Under the pieces are notes generated by a model. It saw only the letters and a program-made list of their open reading frames with translations, was not told the DNA's origin and made no database searches. Made by a program: the position numbers and the translations under genes. Of a stretch of 32,000 nucleotides of DNA, positions 1-8,600 are shown one piece after another. Source of the stretch: Promethearchaeum syntrophicum (GTDB taxonomy: Archaea; Asgardarchaeota; Lokiarchaeia; Sigyniarchaeales; Promethearchaeaceae). The stretch lies in assembly GCF_008000775.2 (NCBI RefSeq), contig NZ_CP042905.2, positions 3,060,001 to 3,092,000 of the forward strand, written 5' to 3'. The stretch's first letter is position 1. Each line of letters opens with the position of its first letter.

Positions 1-837
1 ATTGCGGACTATATCAAAGAAAATATTTTTATACCACTTGAAATGACACGAAGTACCTATCTAAAAGAGGATATTGAAAGTGATCCCCTTCAAAACTCTT
101 GTATCGGTTATATTTCAACAAAAGACGGTAAATCGATTAAGCCAAACCCATTTCCTTATGATACATTCCTTGGTGGAGCAGGAGGTATTTTAAGTTCAGT
201 AAATGAACTGAAAAATTATCTTGAAATGTTGGTTAGTGGGGGAAAGTTTAAAGACAAGCAAATAATTTCAAAATCCTCTATTGAAAAATTATGGACACCC
301 GTTATTTCGACTCCTTATGGTGGTGGTAAAGATCCGCATTATTGTTATGGTTGGATCAGGGAAGATGATTTTTTTGAAGATATATTTATTCACCATAGTG
401 GAAGTGTTGATGTTTCATCTGGATTTGTAGGTATTATTCCGAAATTGAAATTATATATTATAGCTGGTGAAAATGACGGATTTACTATTGGAAAAACAAT
501 ATCTCGAGCAGCTTTTGCATTATTACAAGATCGAGATGTTGAAATCGCTGCTCCAATATTAAAATCACAAAGAATTATAAAAAAACTAACCGGAAAATAT
601 ACAACATATCGAAATATTTATTCAGCAGAAATTTATCAAACAAATTTTGTTTTAATGGCTAAAGTGGAAGGAGACGAAGGTTTTTTAACATATCCGCTAG
701 CTCCTAAGGATCTTGATAATCTTTTATTTTCGATTCCTTCTCTTTCTAAAACGTTTGGGGACGTAAAATTTGAAATAGATGAGAAAACTGGAAAGATTTC
801 TTTTTCATTTGATAGATATATTTACCATAAGAAGTAA
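1..837 (+). CDS. Serine hydrolase / class C beta-lactamase-family protein, 3' part; 5' end lies outside the window
   Basis: Frame is open from base 1 (IADYIKENIFIPLEMTRSTYLKEDIE...) upstream of the ORF-track start at 43. 'YIKENIFIPLEMTRSTY', 'GGAGGILSSVNELKNYLEMLVSGG' and 'YGWIREDDFFEDIFIHHSGSVDVSSGFVGIIPK' are typical of beta-lactamase-fold hydrolases. Confidence 0.85.
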   Translation: MADYIKENIFIPLEMTRSTYLKEDIESDPLQNSCIGYISTKDGKSIKPNPFPYDTFLGGAGGILSSVNELKNYLEMLVSGGKFKDKQIISKSSIEKLWTPVISTPYGGGKDPHYCYGWIREDDFFEDIFIHHSGSVDVSSGFVGIIPKLKLYIIAGENDGFTIGKTISRAAFALLQDRDVEIAAPILKSQRIIKKLTGKYTTYRNIYSAEIYQTNFVLMAKVEGDEGFLTYPLAPKDLDNLLFSIPSLSKTFGDVKFEIDEKTGKISFSFDRYIYHKK

Positions 838-965
838 GGATAAAATCGTATATCCTTCATTTATCTCTTTTTTTCCTAATTATTATAAATGATTATAGCA
901 AAAAATTTATAACCATTAAGAAGGAATATTTTAAAATTCCGAAAATAAAATAGTATAGAGACATT

Positions 966-1748
966 ATGTGGTTAAATTTCTTATGGTTAGGATTAGTAAT
1001 TTTGACATACATGATTATCATGTATTTTGTCGCGGTAAAAAAAGTTGATTTTAGTATTGTGGATGTTGCCTACGGGATTGGTTTTATTCTTCTATCCTTA
1101 TCAGCCTTGATTTTTTCTAGTAATTTTTCTTTCAATCATTTGATTCCAGTAATATTAGTTAGTCTTTGGGGTGTAAGATTAGCTTGGCACGTATATAAAA
1201 GAAATAAGAAAAAAGGAATCGAAGATATTCGGTATCAAAATATGCGAAAAAATTGGCAACCTCACCCAAATCGAAGCGCTTTCTTCAAGGTTTTTCTCTT
1301 TCAAGGTATGGTTATTTATATTATAACTTTTTCTATAATGTATTATATTACTTTTGAGTCTGAGGGAACTTTACATTGGTTCAGTTATATTGGATTAGTT
1401 ATTTGGATTGTGGGGTATTTCTTTGAAGTTGTTGGGGATGCTCAATTGAAAAAATTCATAGCAAATCCAGAAAATAAGGGACATATTATTCAAACGGGAT
1501 TGTGGCGTTATACTCGGCATCCGAATTATTTTGGAGAGGCTACTATGTGGTGGGGACTTTTTTTCTTCACCTTACCAGTGAATTTCCCTCTCTCATTGAT
1601 TGCCATTATAAGCCCCCTATGGATAACGATTTTGCTCTTATTCATTTCCGGAGTTCCATTACTAGAAAAACATTATGAAGGCAATGAGGAATATGAAGAA
1701 TATAAAAAACATACCAGCAAATTTTTCCCTTTACCCCGAAAGAAATAA
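966..1748 (+). CDS. DUF1295 / steroid 5-alpha-reductase-like integral membrane protein
   Basis: 260 aa, multiple TM segments; C-terminal 'GLWRYTRHPNYFGEATMWWGLFF' is the hallmark of this family. Confidence 0.85.
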   Translation: MWLNFLWLGLVILTYMIIMYFVAVKKVDFSIVDVAYGIGFILLSLSALIFSSNFSFNHLIPVILVSLWGVRLAWHVYKRNKKKGIEDIRYQNMRKNWQPHPNRSAFFKVFLFQGMVIYIITFSIMYYITFESEGTLHWFSYIGLVIWIVGYFFEVVGDAQLKKFIANPENKGHIIQTGLWRYTRHPNYFGEATMWWGLFFFTLPVNFPLSLIAIISPLWITILLLFISGVPLLEKHYEGNEEYEEYKKHTSKFFPLPRKK

Positions 1749-1777
1749 TGCTAAACGTTTTCTTTCGATTTTTTATT

Positions 1778-3109
1778 TTATTTTCTGGAGTACATATTAT
1801 ATCCCGATTTTAATGAATCATTCAAATCTTTCCATCGCTCAAGTTCAGCATTAGATACTATATTCCGAAGATGCTCAATTGATTTTTTTATTAGAGTTTG
1901 GAATTTTCCTAGTGAATTAAGCCCTGTTAAATCTATTTTTATAGGGAGTATATATAAATTCTCATCTAATTGGGAATGTAGTTTGGAGGATGCAAAAAAA
2001 TTAGATATTAAACTCATTAAAAAATTGTCATTTCGATCGCGCTCGTAACTTTTTTCCAAAATATCCATCATTTTACTTGATAATGCATGATAAAAATCAT
2101 CAAAAGTTGTTTTATTAATAAGCTCAAATTCATCCCGGATTCGAATTGAAAACTTACGTAATTCTTCCCAAACATGGATATAACGAATCAGATATGGATA
2201 GATAATCTTATTTATGGAAATACTCATTTCTCCGTGAAATATTTTTCCTGTTGAATCCCAGAATTGTTTACTTATTTCAGCTAAAGGTTCTGGGTCTTGG
2301 AATTCGATTAACGATTTACCTAATGTTCCTTGAGGATATATAAGCGCTGGAATTATCGGAGTTCCTGTCATTTTATGGATTCTAATTGCGCTTTGTGGAG
2401 TTGTAATTAACAATGGATATTTCTTGTCTACTAGGGGTACCTGCAGGTTATGTTTTTTAGAATAATCTTGTAGAATTACTAAAACACCATTTTGGTTTAA
2501 ATGGGAAATCATTCTTTTTTTTATTTCAACAAATTTTGAATGGGTAACTGCTTTTAAATTGGTCAATTCGGGTCTTTTAAGAATATTTTCATACATAACT
2601 TGATTTCGGGCGCGATTTATTGTCAGAACATTATATTTTTTTGGGTGGTAGACCAGACCAGCAATCAAATGAAAATACATCCCCGCATGTGGTCCAACTA
2701 TAATGGCACCTTTCTTTAGAGCAAGCGCTTCATCTATATATTTTAAATTTTTAAATTCAATGAATTGATTTAATGTATGTTCATATATATTGGGTGAATA
2801 TAACATAGCATCCAAAACCAAGGATGCCATATATTTAGCATTTGCTTGGAAAATTTTTTCTTTGAATTCAGTTGAGACTCGATCTTCAAAAAGAAAATCA
2901 AGCCCATTTAAAACATATCTACGCAACTTTGGTCGTGCCACAAATAATTTACCGAAAAGATGTCCCCACATATAAAGGAATGAAGGGGTAATTCTACGGA
3001 ACGGGAGAAAAATTTTGTATTGATGAATATAACTGATTATTTTATAAATTCCTTTTAATTGTTCGGCTCGGTTTTTCTTTACTGATTTTTCTGGATTTTT
3101 CATATACAA
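1778..3109 (-). CDS. HtrB/LpxL-like (lysophospholipid/lipid A type) acyltransferase superfamily protein
   Basis: 443 aa; 'GAIIVGPHAGMYFHLI', 'QNGVLVILQDYSKKHNLQVPLVDKKYPLLITTPQSAIRIHKMTGTPIIPALIYPQG' resembles the HtrB/LpxL core order. Confidence 0.65.
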   Translation of the reverse strand: MYMKNPEKSVKKNRAEQLKGIYKIISYIHQYKIFLPFRRITPSFLYMWGHLFGKLFVARPKLRRYVLNGLDFLFEDRVSTEFKEKIFQANAKYMASLVLDAMLYSPNIYEHTLNQFIEFKNLKYIDEALALKKGAIIVGPHAGMYFHLIAGLVYHPKKYNVLTINRARNQVMYENILKRPELTNLKAVTHSKFVEIKKRMISHLNQNGVLVILQDYSKKHNLQVPLVDKKYPLLITTPQSAIRIHKMTGTPIIPALIYPQGTLGKSLIEFQDPEPLAEISKQFWDSTGKIFHGEMSISINKIIYPYLIRYIHVWEELRKFSIRIRDEFELINKTTFDDFYHALSSKMMDILEKSYERDRNDNFLMSLISNFFASSKLHSQLDENLYILPIKIDLTGLNSLGKFQTLIKKSIEHLRNIVSNAELERWKDLNDSLKSGYNMYSRK

Positions 3110-3161
3110 TATTTAATAATAGTTACACTTATTTATAAAAAAAAGTAATTAAAATATGATT

Positions 3162-3178
3162 AATTTCCGGTGGAAATT
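3162..3178. promoter_or_regulatory. Short inverted repeat overlapping the putative Shine-Dalgarno site of the acyl-CoA synthetase gene
   Basis: AATTTCC-GGT-GGAAATT, 7-bp perfect arms and 3-nt loop, ending 2 nt before ATG 3181 in the divergent intergenic region. Confidence 0.35.
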
Positions 3179-3180
3179 TT

Positions 3181-4932
3181 ATGAATCAAAACTCGAATAA
3201 GATGGAATTGGATTGGATAAAATCAACAGCACCCTTAAATGAAAATATTGAAGACTATCTATGGTATCAATCTTGGCCAAAAGACATTCGGAAGCACCTA
3301 ACATATCCAAACAAATCCTTACATGAATTATTTACCGAATCGGTTAAGCGTAATTCTGATTTACCTTATTTAAGTATTTTAGGTATAGATTATTCTTACA
3401 ATCAAATAAATGATATGTCTAATCGGTTTGCAAACGCTTTAAAATTAAAAGGTTATGGAATAGGGGATCACATTGCGATATTTATGCCAAATTTACCACA
3501 ATTTGTATTTGTATTCTTTGGTATATTAAAAATTGGAGCAACTGTTGTTCCTATATCCCCTCTTCTAGGCAAAAAGGAACTCACCAAAATTTTCAAAGAC
3601 AGTAAAATTTCAGCGTTAGTAGGGCTTGATATTTTATATCCGAATTTAGAGCCGATTCTGTCTGAAATTTCTGGATTAAAAGATGTGATATTTACTTCTC
3701 TTGGTGATCTTATTTCACCAGTCTTACGAATAGTTGCAAAACTCATAAGAAAGATCCCTCCAACCCCTAAAATAAAAATTAAATATGAAAAACTCTATTC
3801 TCTTATAAAAAATTCCTCAAATCACCCAATTTCCACTAAAATTGATCCAAAGGAAACCATTGCGGTTATAGGATACACTGGTGGAACCACAGGTATACCA
3901 AAAGGGGCCATGCTTACTCATCAGAATTTAGTATCGAATTTACACCAAGGAAGAGAATGGGCTCGAATCGCTCATCCCATTGGAATCCATAAACGGTTTG
4001 TAGGAGCAGTTCCGTTTTTTCATATTATCGGATTAAATGCCGTAATGTTAGTTGCAATGTTTTATGATAGTACGATCTATCTTTTCCCAGATCCTCGAAA
4101 ATTTGAATCGATTTTACAAGGAATTGAGAAAAATAAAATAAATTACTTTCATGGAGTACCCACCCTACACCAAGCAATACTCAATCACCCAAAATTTGCA
4201 AAATATGATTTGAGTTCCCTAGAGATGATTTTTTCGGGGGCAGCACCTCTTCCAAAGGAATTAGGTGAACGGTTAGAAAAAGAGACACGAGCTATGGTTA
4301 TTGAAGCATATGGAATGACTGAGACCAGTCCGATGGTAGCAGCAAACCCGTTTGAAGAAAATAACCACCGCTTTGGATCTATCGGTATCCCTTTTCCAGA
4401 TACTGAATTTAAGATATTCAATGAAAATGGGGATTTAGAGCTAGATGTAGGAAAAATTGGTGAAATTGCTATTAAAGGTCCTCAAGTGATGAAAGGATAT
4501 TGGAATAATCCATCAGAAACCGCAAAAACATTACGAAATGGGTATATATTTACAGGAGACATGGGATATTTGGATAAAACTGGGTTCCTTTACATAGTCG
4601 ATCGAAAAAAAGATATGATTATTGCATCAGGATATAAAATATTCCCCAGTGAATTAGAACAGTTAGTAATACAGAATTTCCCAGAATTTAAAGAAGCAGT
4701 AATAACTGGCACTCCTGATGAATATCGAGGAGAAACTGTCAAATTAATTGCAATTTTAAGAGAAAATGTCTCAATTTCAAAAGAAAGAATTATCAATTTC
4801 TTTAAAGAAAATGTAGCGGTTTACAAAATCCCAAAAATAATTGAGTTCCGCTCCGAACTTCCTAAAACTGCTCTAGGCAAAGTAAACCGACGAAAAATTC
4901 GCACTCAAGAATTTAAAACTCAAGTATCTTAA
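3181..4932 (+). CDS. AMP-dependent synthetase/ligase, long-chain fatty acid-CoA ligase type
   Basis: 583 aa; 'VIGYTGGTTGIPKGAMLTH' P-loop-like motif, 'IEAYGMTETSPM', 'YIFTGDMGYLDKTGFLYIVDRKKDMIIASGYKIFPSELE', 'LPKTALGKVNRRKIR'. Confidence 0.92.
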   Translation: MNQNSNKMELDWIKSTAPLNENIEDYLWYQSWPKDIRKHLTYPNKSLHELFTESVKRNSDLPYLSILGIDYSYNQINDMSNRFANALKLKGYGIGDHIAIFMPNLPQFVFVFFGILKIGATVVPISPLLGKKELTKIFKDSKISALVGLDILYPNLEPILSEISGLKDVIFTSLGDLISPVLRIVAKLIRKIPPTPKIKIKYEKLYSLIKNSSNHPISTKIDPKETIAVIGYTGGTTGIPKGAMLTHQNLVSNLHQGREWARIAHPIGIHKRFVGAVPFFHIIGLNAVMLVAMFYDSTIYLFPDPRKFESILQGIEKNKINYFHGVPTLHQAILNHPKFAKYDLSSLEMIFSGAAPLPKELGERLEKETRAMVIEAYGMTETSPMVAANPFEENNHRFGSIGIPFPDTEFKIFNENGDLELDVGKIGEIAIKGPQVMKGYWNNPSETAKTLRNGYIFTGDMGYLDKTGFLYIVDRKKDMIIASGYKIFPSELEQLVIQNFPEFKEAVITGTPDEYRGETVKLIAILRENVSISKERIINFFKENVAVYKIPKIIEFRSELPKTALGKVNRRKIRTQEFKTQVS

Positions 4933-5081
4933 AATGCAAAAATAGTATTTTAGGCATATCTGATTGAGATTTTCTTTAATCTACATCTTTTTTTTTCAAA
5001 TTTTTTTATATTTTAGAAGCAATTGTTTACCCGAACAAACAAAAATTTAGGACAACAGTAATATAAACTGAAAAATATCTA

Positions 5082-5465
5082 ATGACTATGGAACTCACAC
5101 GAAAAATGCTACCATCTTATTTTCTTCCCGTATTTATGATTTGGGTGGCATTGACCAACATCGGAGTAATAGTTGTCGCATTATTTCTATTTTCTTCAAA
5201 TATAGCCCTCTTTAGCTCAAATCCGGGATTGATTCTTGGTATTATTATTGCGATCAATGTATTAAGTATCATTCTTTTGTATCCGCTTTTTAACATGGAT
5301 CCGATTAAACCCTTTTTAATTCCTGCATTAATCTGGTTTGCAGTAGTAGCCATTATTTACATTATAATGGGGATGTATTGGTTACTAATCTTCTCATTTA
5401 TTCAATTAGGCGCAGATTTATGGTTTGAATGGATGGCACGAAGCATAATCAAAAAAAACACATAA
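5082..5465 (+). CDS. Small multi-pass membrane protein, unknown function
   Basis: 127 aa, about four hydrophobic segments; follows the acyl-CoA ligase on the same strand. Confidence 0.6.
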   Translation: MTMELTRKMLPSYFLPVFMIWVALTNIGVIVVALFLFSSNIALFSSNPGLILGIIIAINVLSIILLYPLFNMDPIKPFLIPALIWFAVVAIIYIIMGMYWLLIFSFIQLGADLWFEWMARSIIKKNT

Positions 5466-5473
5466 ATCGTTAT

Positions 5474-6343
5474 TTAACTCGAAGAAATCCATTCGGTTAA
5501 TTCATTCATTCTCTCATTAGCTAATGAATAACCTTGATTAAACAATTTTTTTAATTTTTTTGAATCTTTTGTTGTTCTCCCTACTTGTTGAAGATCGTCT
5601 GGTCTAAATATGAATACTTTTCCATCTTCTTCCAATTTCTTAAGGAAATCAAGAGTGTCATTATATACTATATGCCGATTGTTCATTATTTCTTCAATAC
5701 CCTCATATCCCTTGAACAATTTCTTAAGTAAATTAAAATTCTTGAAAGATTCTTTCCTATAATTGTCATTTTGGGTTAGAAGAACAACATTTTTCTCATA
5801 TCCATCCTCAATTGCCTTTCGAATCGGAATTGGATCCGAAATGCCACCATCTAGATAATTTTTTCCATTAAATTCTTTTATTCTTCCCATGAACGGTAAG
5901 CTACAAGAAGCAATAGCGATATCCATTAAATTTTTTTTTTTTGTTAAATTTTTCTTATAGAAATACTCAGTTTTTCCCGTTTCGCAAATAGTTGCCCCAA
6001 TTACATGCTCAGTTGATGAGTTAAAATAGGTTTCATAATCAAAGGGAACTAAGTGATTTGGAATTTCATCAAAGAGAAATTTCATTCCGAAGACAGATCC
6101 ATCTCGTAAAAAATTTCTAAAACTCGAATACCTACGATCTTTGGCAAATTGTATATCAACAATTCGATTTCTTCCTATCTGACGAGAAATATAAGACAAA
6201 GAATTTGACGCACCAGCGGAAACCCCAATTACATAGGGAAAATGTACATTATTTTCAAGGAAAAAATCTAAAATCCCTGCTGTGTGGACAATACGTTGAC
6301 CCCCACCTTCACAAACTAATCCAATATTTTTAATTTCTGACAT
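5474..6343 (-). CDS. Patatin-like phospholipase family protein (YjjU-like)
   Basis: 289 aa; 'GLVCEGGGQRIVHTAG', nucleophile elbow 'GVSAGAS' (GxSxG), and 'YLDGGISDPIPI' (DGG). Confidence 0.9.
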   Translation of the reverse strand: MSEIKNIGLVCEGGGQRIVHTAGILDFFLENNVHFPYVIGVSAGASNSLSYISRQIGRNRIVDIQFAKDRRYSSFRNFLRDGSVFGMKFLFDEIPNHLVPFDYETYFNSSTEHVIGATICETGKTEYFYKKNLTKKKNLMDIAIASCSLPFMGRIKEFNGKNYLDGGISDPIPIRKAIEDGYEKNVVLLTQNDNYRKESFKNFNLLKKLFKGYEGIEEIMNNRHIVYNDTLDFLKKLEEDGKVFIFRPDDLQQVGRTTKDSKKLKKLFNQGYSLANERMNELTEWISSS

Positions 6344-6583
6344 TCTATATTTAAATGATAGTTATTCATCCCATAAAAAAAAAAATATAATATCTATTTT
6401 ATGGCATATTTGTTCTATTTGAAATTGATTTTGAAATTATTAATGTATCTGGAAGAATCTCAGTTTCAATAGAACACAATATTTACTTCTAAAAATCGTC
6501 CTAAATAACTGTCATAATTTTAAACAATGACCAATATTGAATTAAACGGTATTATTTATTAGATAAAAAGTTGATAAAAAAGT

Positions 6584-8572
6584 ATGGAAAAGACAGCATT
6601 TATTAAATCTTCTTTAAACTTGAATAAATTGTTTGGAGAGCAGGAAAATTATACATTCTTAGTGGGAGCAGGTATTTCTATGGATTCTCCATCTAATGTT
6701 CCATCGGCGAGGCAAATAATAAAATATCTCCTGAATATTTGTGCTTCTAACAAAGATCAAGCAAAAATTCTTGATATTGAAAATTTAAGTTATGAAATCT
6801 TTGTTGAAATCTTCCAAAATAACATAGATCAAAATTTAATGTTTTTGGATTATTTCGATCTGATTACTAAACCTAATATTATTCATTTTTTGCTTTCTAT
6901 GATGTTAAAAGAGAGGCAGTACGTAATTACAACAAATTTTGACTATTTAATAGAACATGCATTAATGAAAATTGAAGAAAATTTAGATAATATTACTCTA
7001 GTAATCACCAAGAAAGATTATCATAAAAATAGTAATCCTGAGAAAAAAGATAAATTACTGCTTTACAAACTTCATGGTTCTAAGAGAAATATAATTACAA
7101 AAGAGAATACCGAAAATTCACTGATTACCACCATATCCTCTCTTGGGAGAGATAGAAAACAAGGAGAGACTTTCGCAATTGAACCATATAAGAAACCTGC
7201 GATAATAAATTTAATGAAAAACAGAACCCTTATCGTGTTAGGGTATTCCGGCTCAGATGCTTTTGACATAAGCCCTACATTATTTGAATTACCAGAATTA
7301 AAGAGAATCATTTGGATATCTCATTCTAATATTGAAAAACCATTAATTGATGTAGTTAACAAGGAGGTTGATTTAGATGATCAAGATTTTCATCAATTCT
7401 CGTTAACAGATCAGATGCTTATTGATTTGGCACAAAATAATCCTTATGAAATTTACCGTATATCAGGAAATACACGTGTCATTACTGAAATGATCTGGAC
7501 TATAATATTTCCAAATAAAAACGAAAAGATTCCTGAACTGATTTCAGAAGAAGACAATCAAATACCTGATTTTAACGATTTTATTTCTTCTATTTATAAT
7601 GATATAACTGAAATTGATACTTTGTTTTTCACAGAGGAAATTTTCTCCACTTTTGGTCTTTATAAACGTGCACTTGACTGTATTGAAAAAGGATTGGAGA
7701 TTGTGTCCCAAAAAAATGATCTCGATCTTAAAATCAGATTTATTAATAGATTAGCGATGATTCATATGACAAGGGAAGAATACGATGAAGCTTTGAATTG
7801 CAGGGAAGAAGCCTTAAAATATTACTCAAAAACGAATAAAATATGCAGTAAAGCAGATCAATTATCATCGATTGGCTCAATTTTTCTTTCCAAATTTGAT
7901 TACGATCAAGCATATAAATTTGTAAAACGAGCCTATTCTATCCATAAGAAACTAAAAAATACTTATGGTCTGGCAAGTGATTTGAATTTATTAGGCCTAA
8001 TTTTCTCAAAAAAGGGAAATAAAAAAAAATCGTTATCCTATTATAAGAAGGGTTTGAAATTCTCCGAGATCAATGGGGATTTATATTCAAAGGCAGCATT
8101 TTTAACTAATATTGGAATTATTTATTATGAATCTAAAGAATATAGTAGAGCTTTACCTTTTTATTACGATTCTTTAAAAATAGAAGATCTTCTTGGAAGA
8201 AATTGGCAATCTTTTATAATTTTAAATCGTATTGCTGAAATTCATTATGAGAAAAAAGAGTGGAAAAAAGCAATTCCCAATTTTCAGAGAGCTTTAGAAA
8301 TCGCAGAAAATATTGGTGAAAATGATATTGCGTTTATTCAATATGATCAAGGCATTGGTCATATGCTAAGTTACCTTGGAGAATGTTCTGATAAGATTGG
8401 AGACCTTGAAACATCGTTGAAGTACTATGAAAAATTGTTAAAAAGAGATGAATTATTTAACGATATAAAAGCAATTAAGATTGATTTGGAACTCTTAGGA
8501 AACCTGCATTTAAAGCTCAATAATAATATATTAGCTCAGGAATTTTTGGAGCGTGCTGATAATATAGATTAA
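6584..8572 (+). CDS. SIR2-like domain protein with C-terminal tetratricopeptide repeats
   Basis: 662 aa; N-terminal 'TFLVGAGISMDSPSNVPSA', 'VITTNFDYLIEHAL', 'LYKLHGS', 'RTLIVLGYSGSDAFDISP'; C-terminal half is a run of TPR-like helices (e.g. 'SKADQLSSIGSIFLSKFDYDQAYKFVKRAYSIHKKL'). Confidence 0.88.
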   Translation: MEKTAFIKSSLNLNKLFGEQENYTFLVGAGISMDSPSNVPSARQIIKYLLNICASNKDQAKILDIENLSYEIFVEIFQNNIDQNLMFLDYFDLITKPNIIHFLLSMMLKERQYVITTNFDYLIEHALMKIEENLDNITLVITKKDYHKNSNPEKKDKLLLYKLHGSKRNIITKENTENSLITTISSLGRDRKQGETFAIEPYKKPAIINLMKNRTLIVLGYSGSDAFDISPTLFELPELKRIIWISHSNIEKPLIDVVNKEVDLDDQDFHQFSLTDQMLIDLAQNNPYEIYRISGNTRVITEMIWTIIFPNKNEKIPELISEEDNQIPDFNDFISSIYNDITEIDTLFFTEEIFSTFGLYKRALDCIEKGLEIVSQKNDLDLKIRFINRLAMIHMTREEYDEALNCREEALKYYSKTNKICSKADQLSSIGSIFLSKFDYDQAYKFVKRAYSIHKKLKNTYGLASDLNLLGLIFSKKGNKKKSLSYYKKGLKFSEINGDLYSKAAFLTNIGIIYYESKEYSRALPFYYDSLKIEDLLGRNWQSFIILNRIAEIHYEKKEWKKAIPNFQRALEIAENIGENDIAFIQYDQGIGHMLSYLGECSDKIGDLETSLKYYEKLLKRDELFNDIKAIKIDLELLGNLHLKLNNNILAQEFLERADNID

Positions 8573-8577
8573 ATTTA

Positions 8578-8600
8578 AAAATAAAAAGAATTTTTATTTT
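8578..8600. terminator. A/T inverted repeat at convergent gene junction, possible bidirectional terminator
   Basis: AAAATAAAAA-GAA-TTTTTATTTT, 10-bp arms, between stop of the SIR2-TPR gene and overlapping the stop of the transketolase-like gene. Confidence 0.25.
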
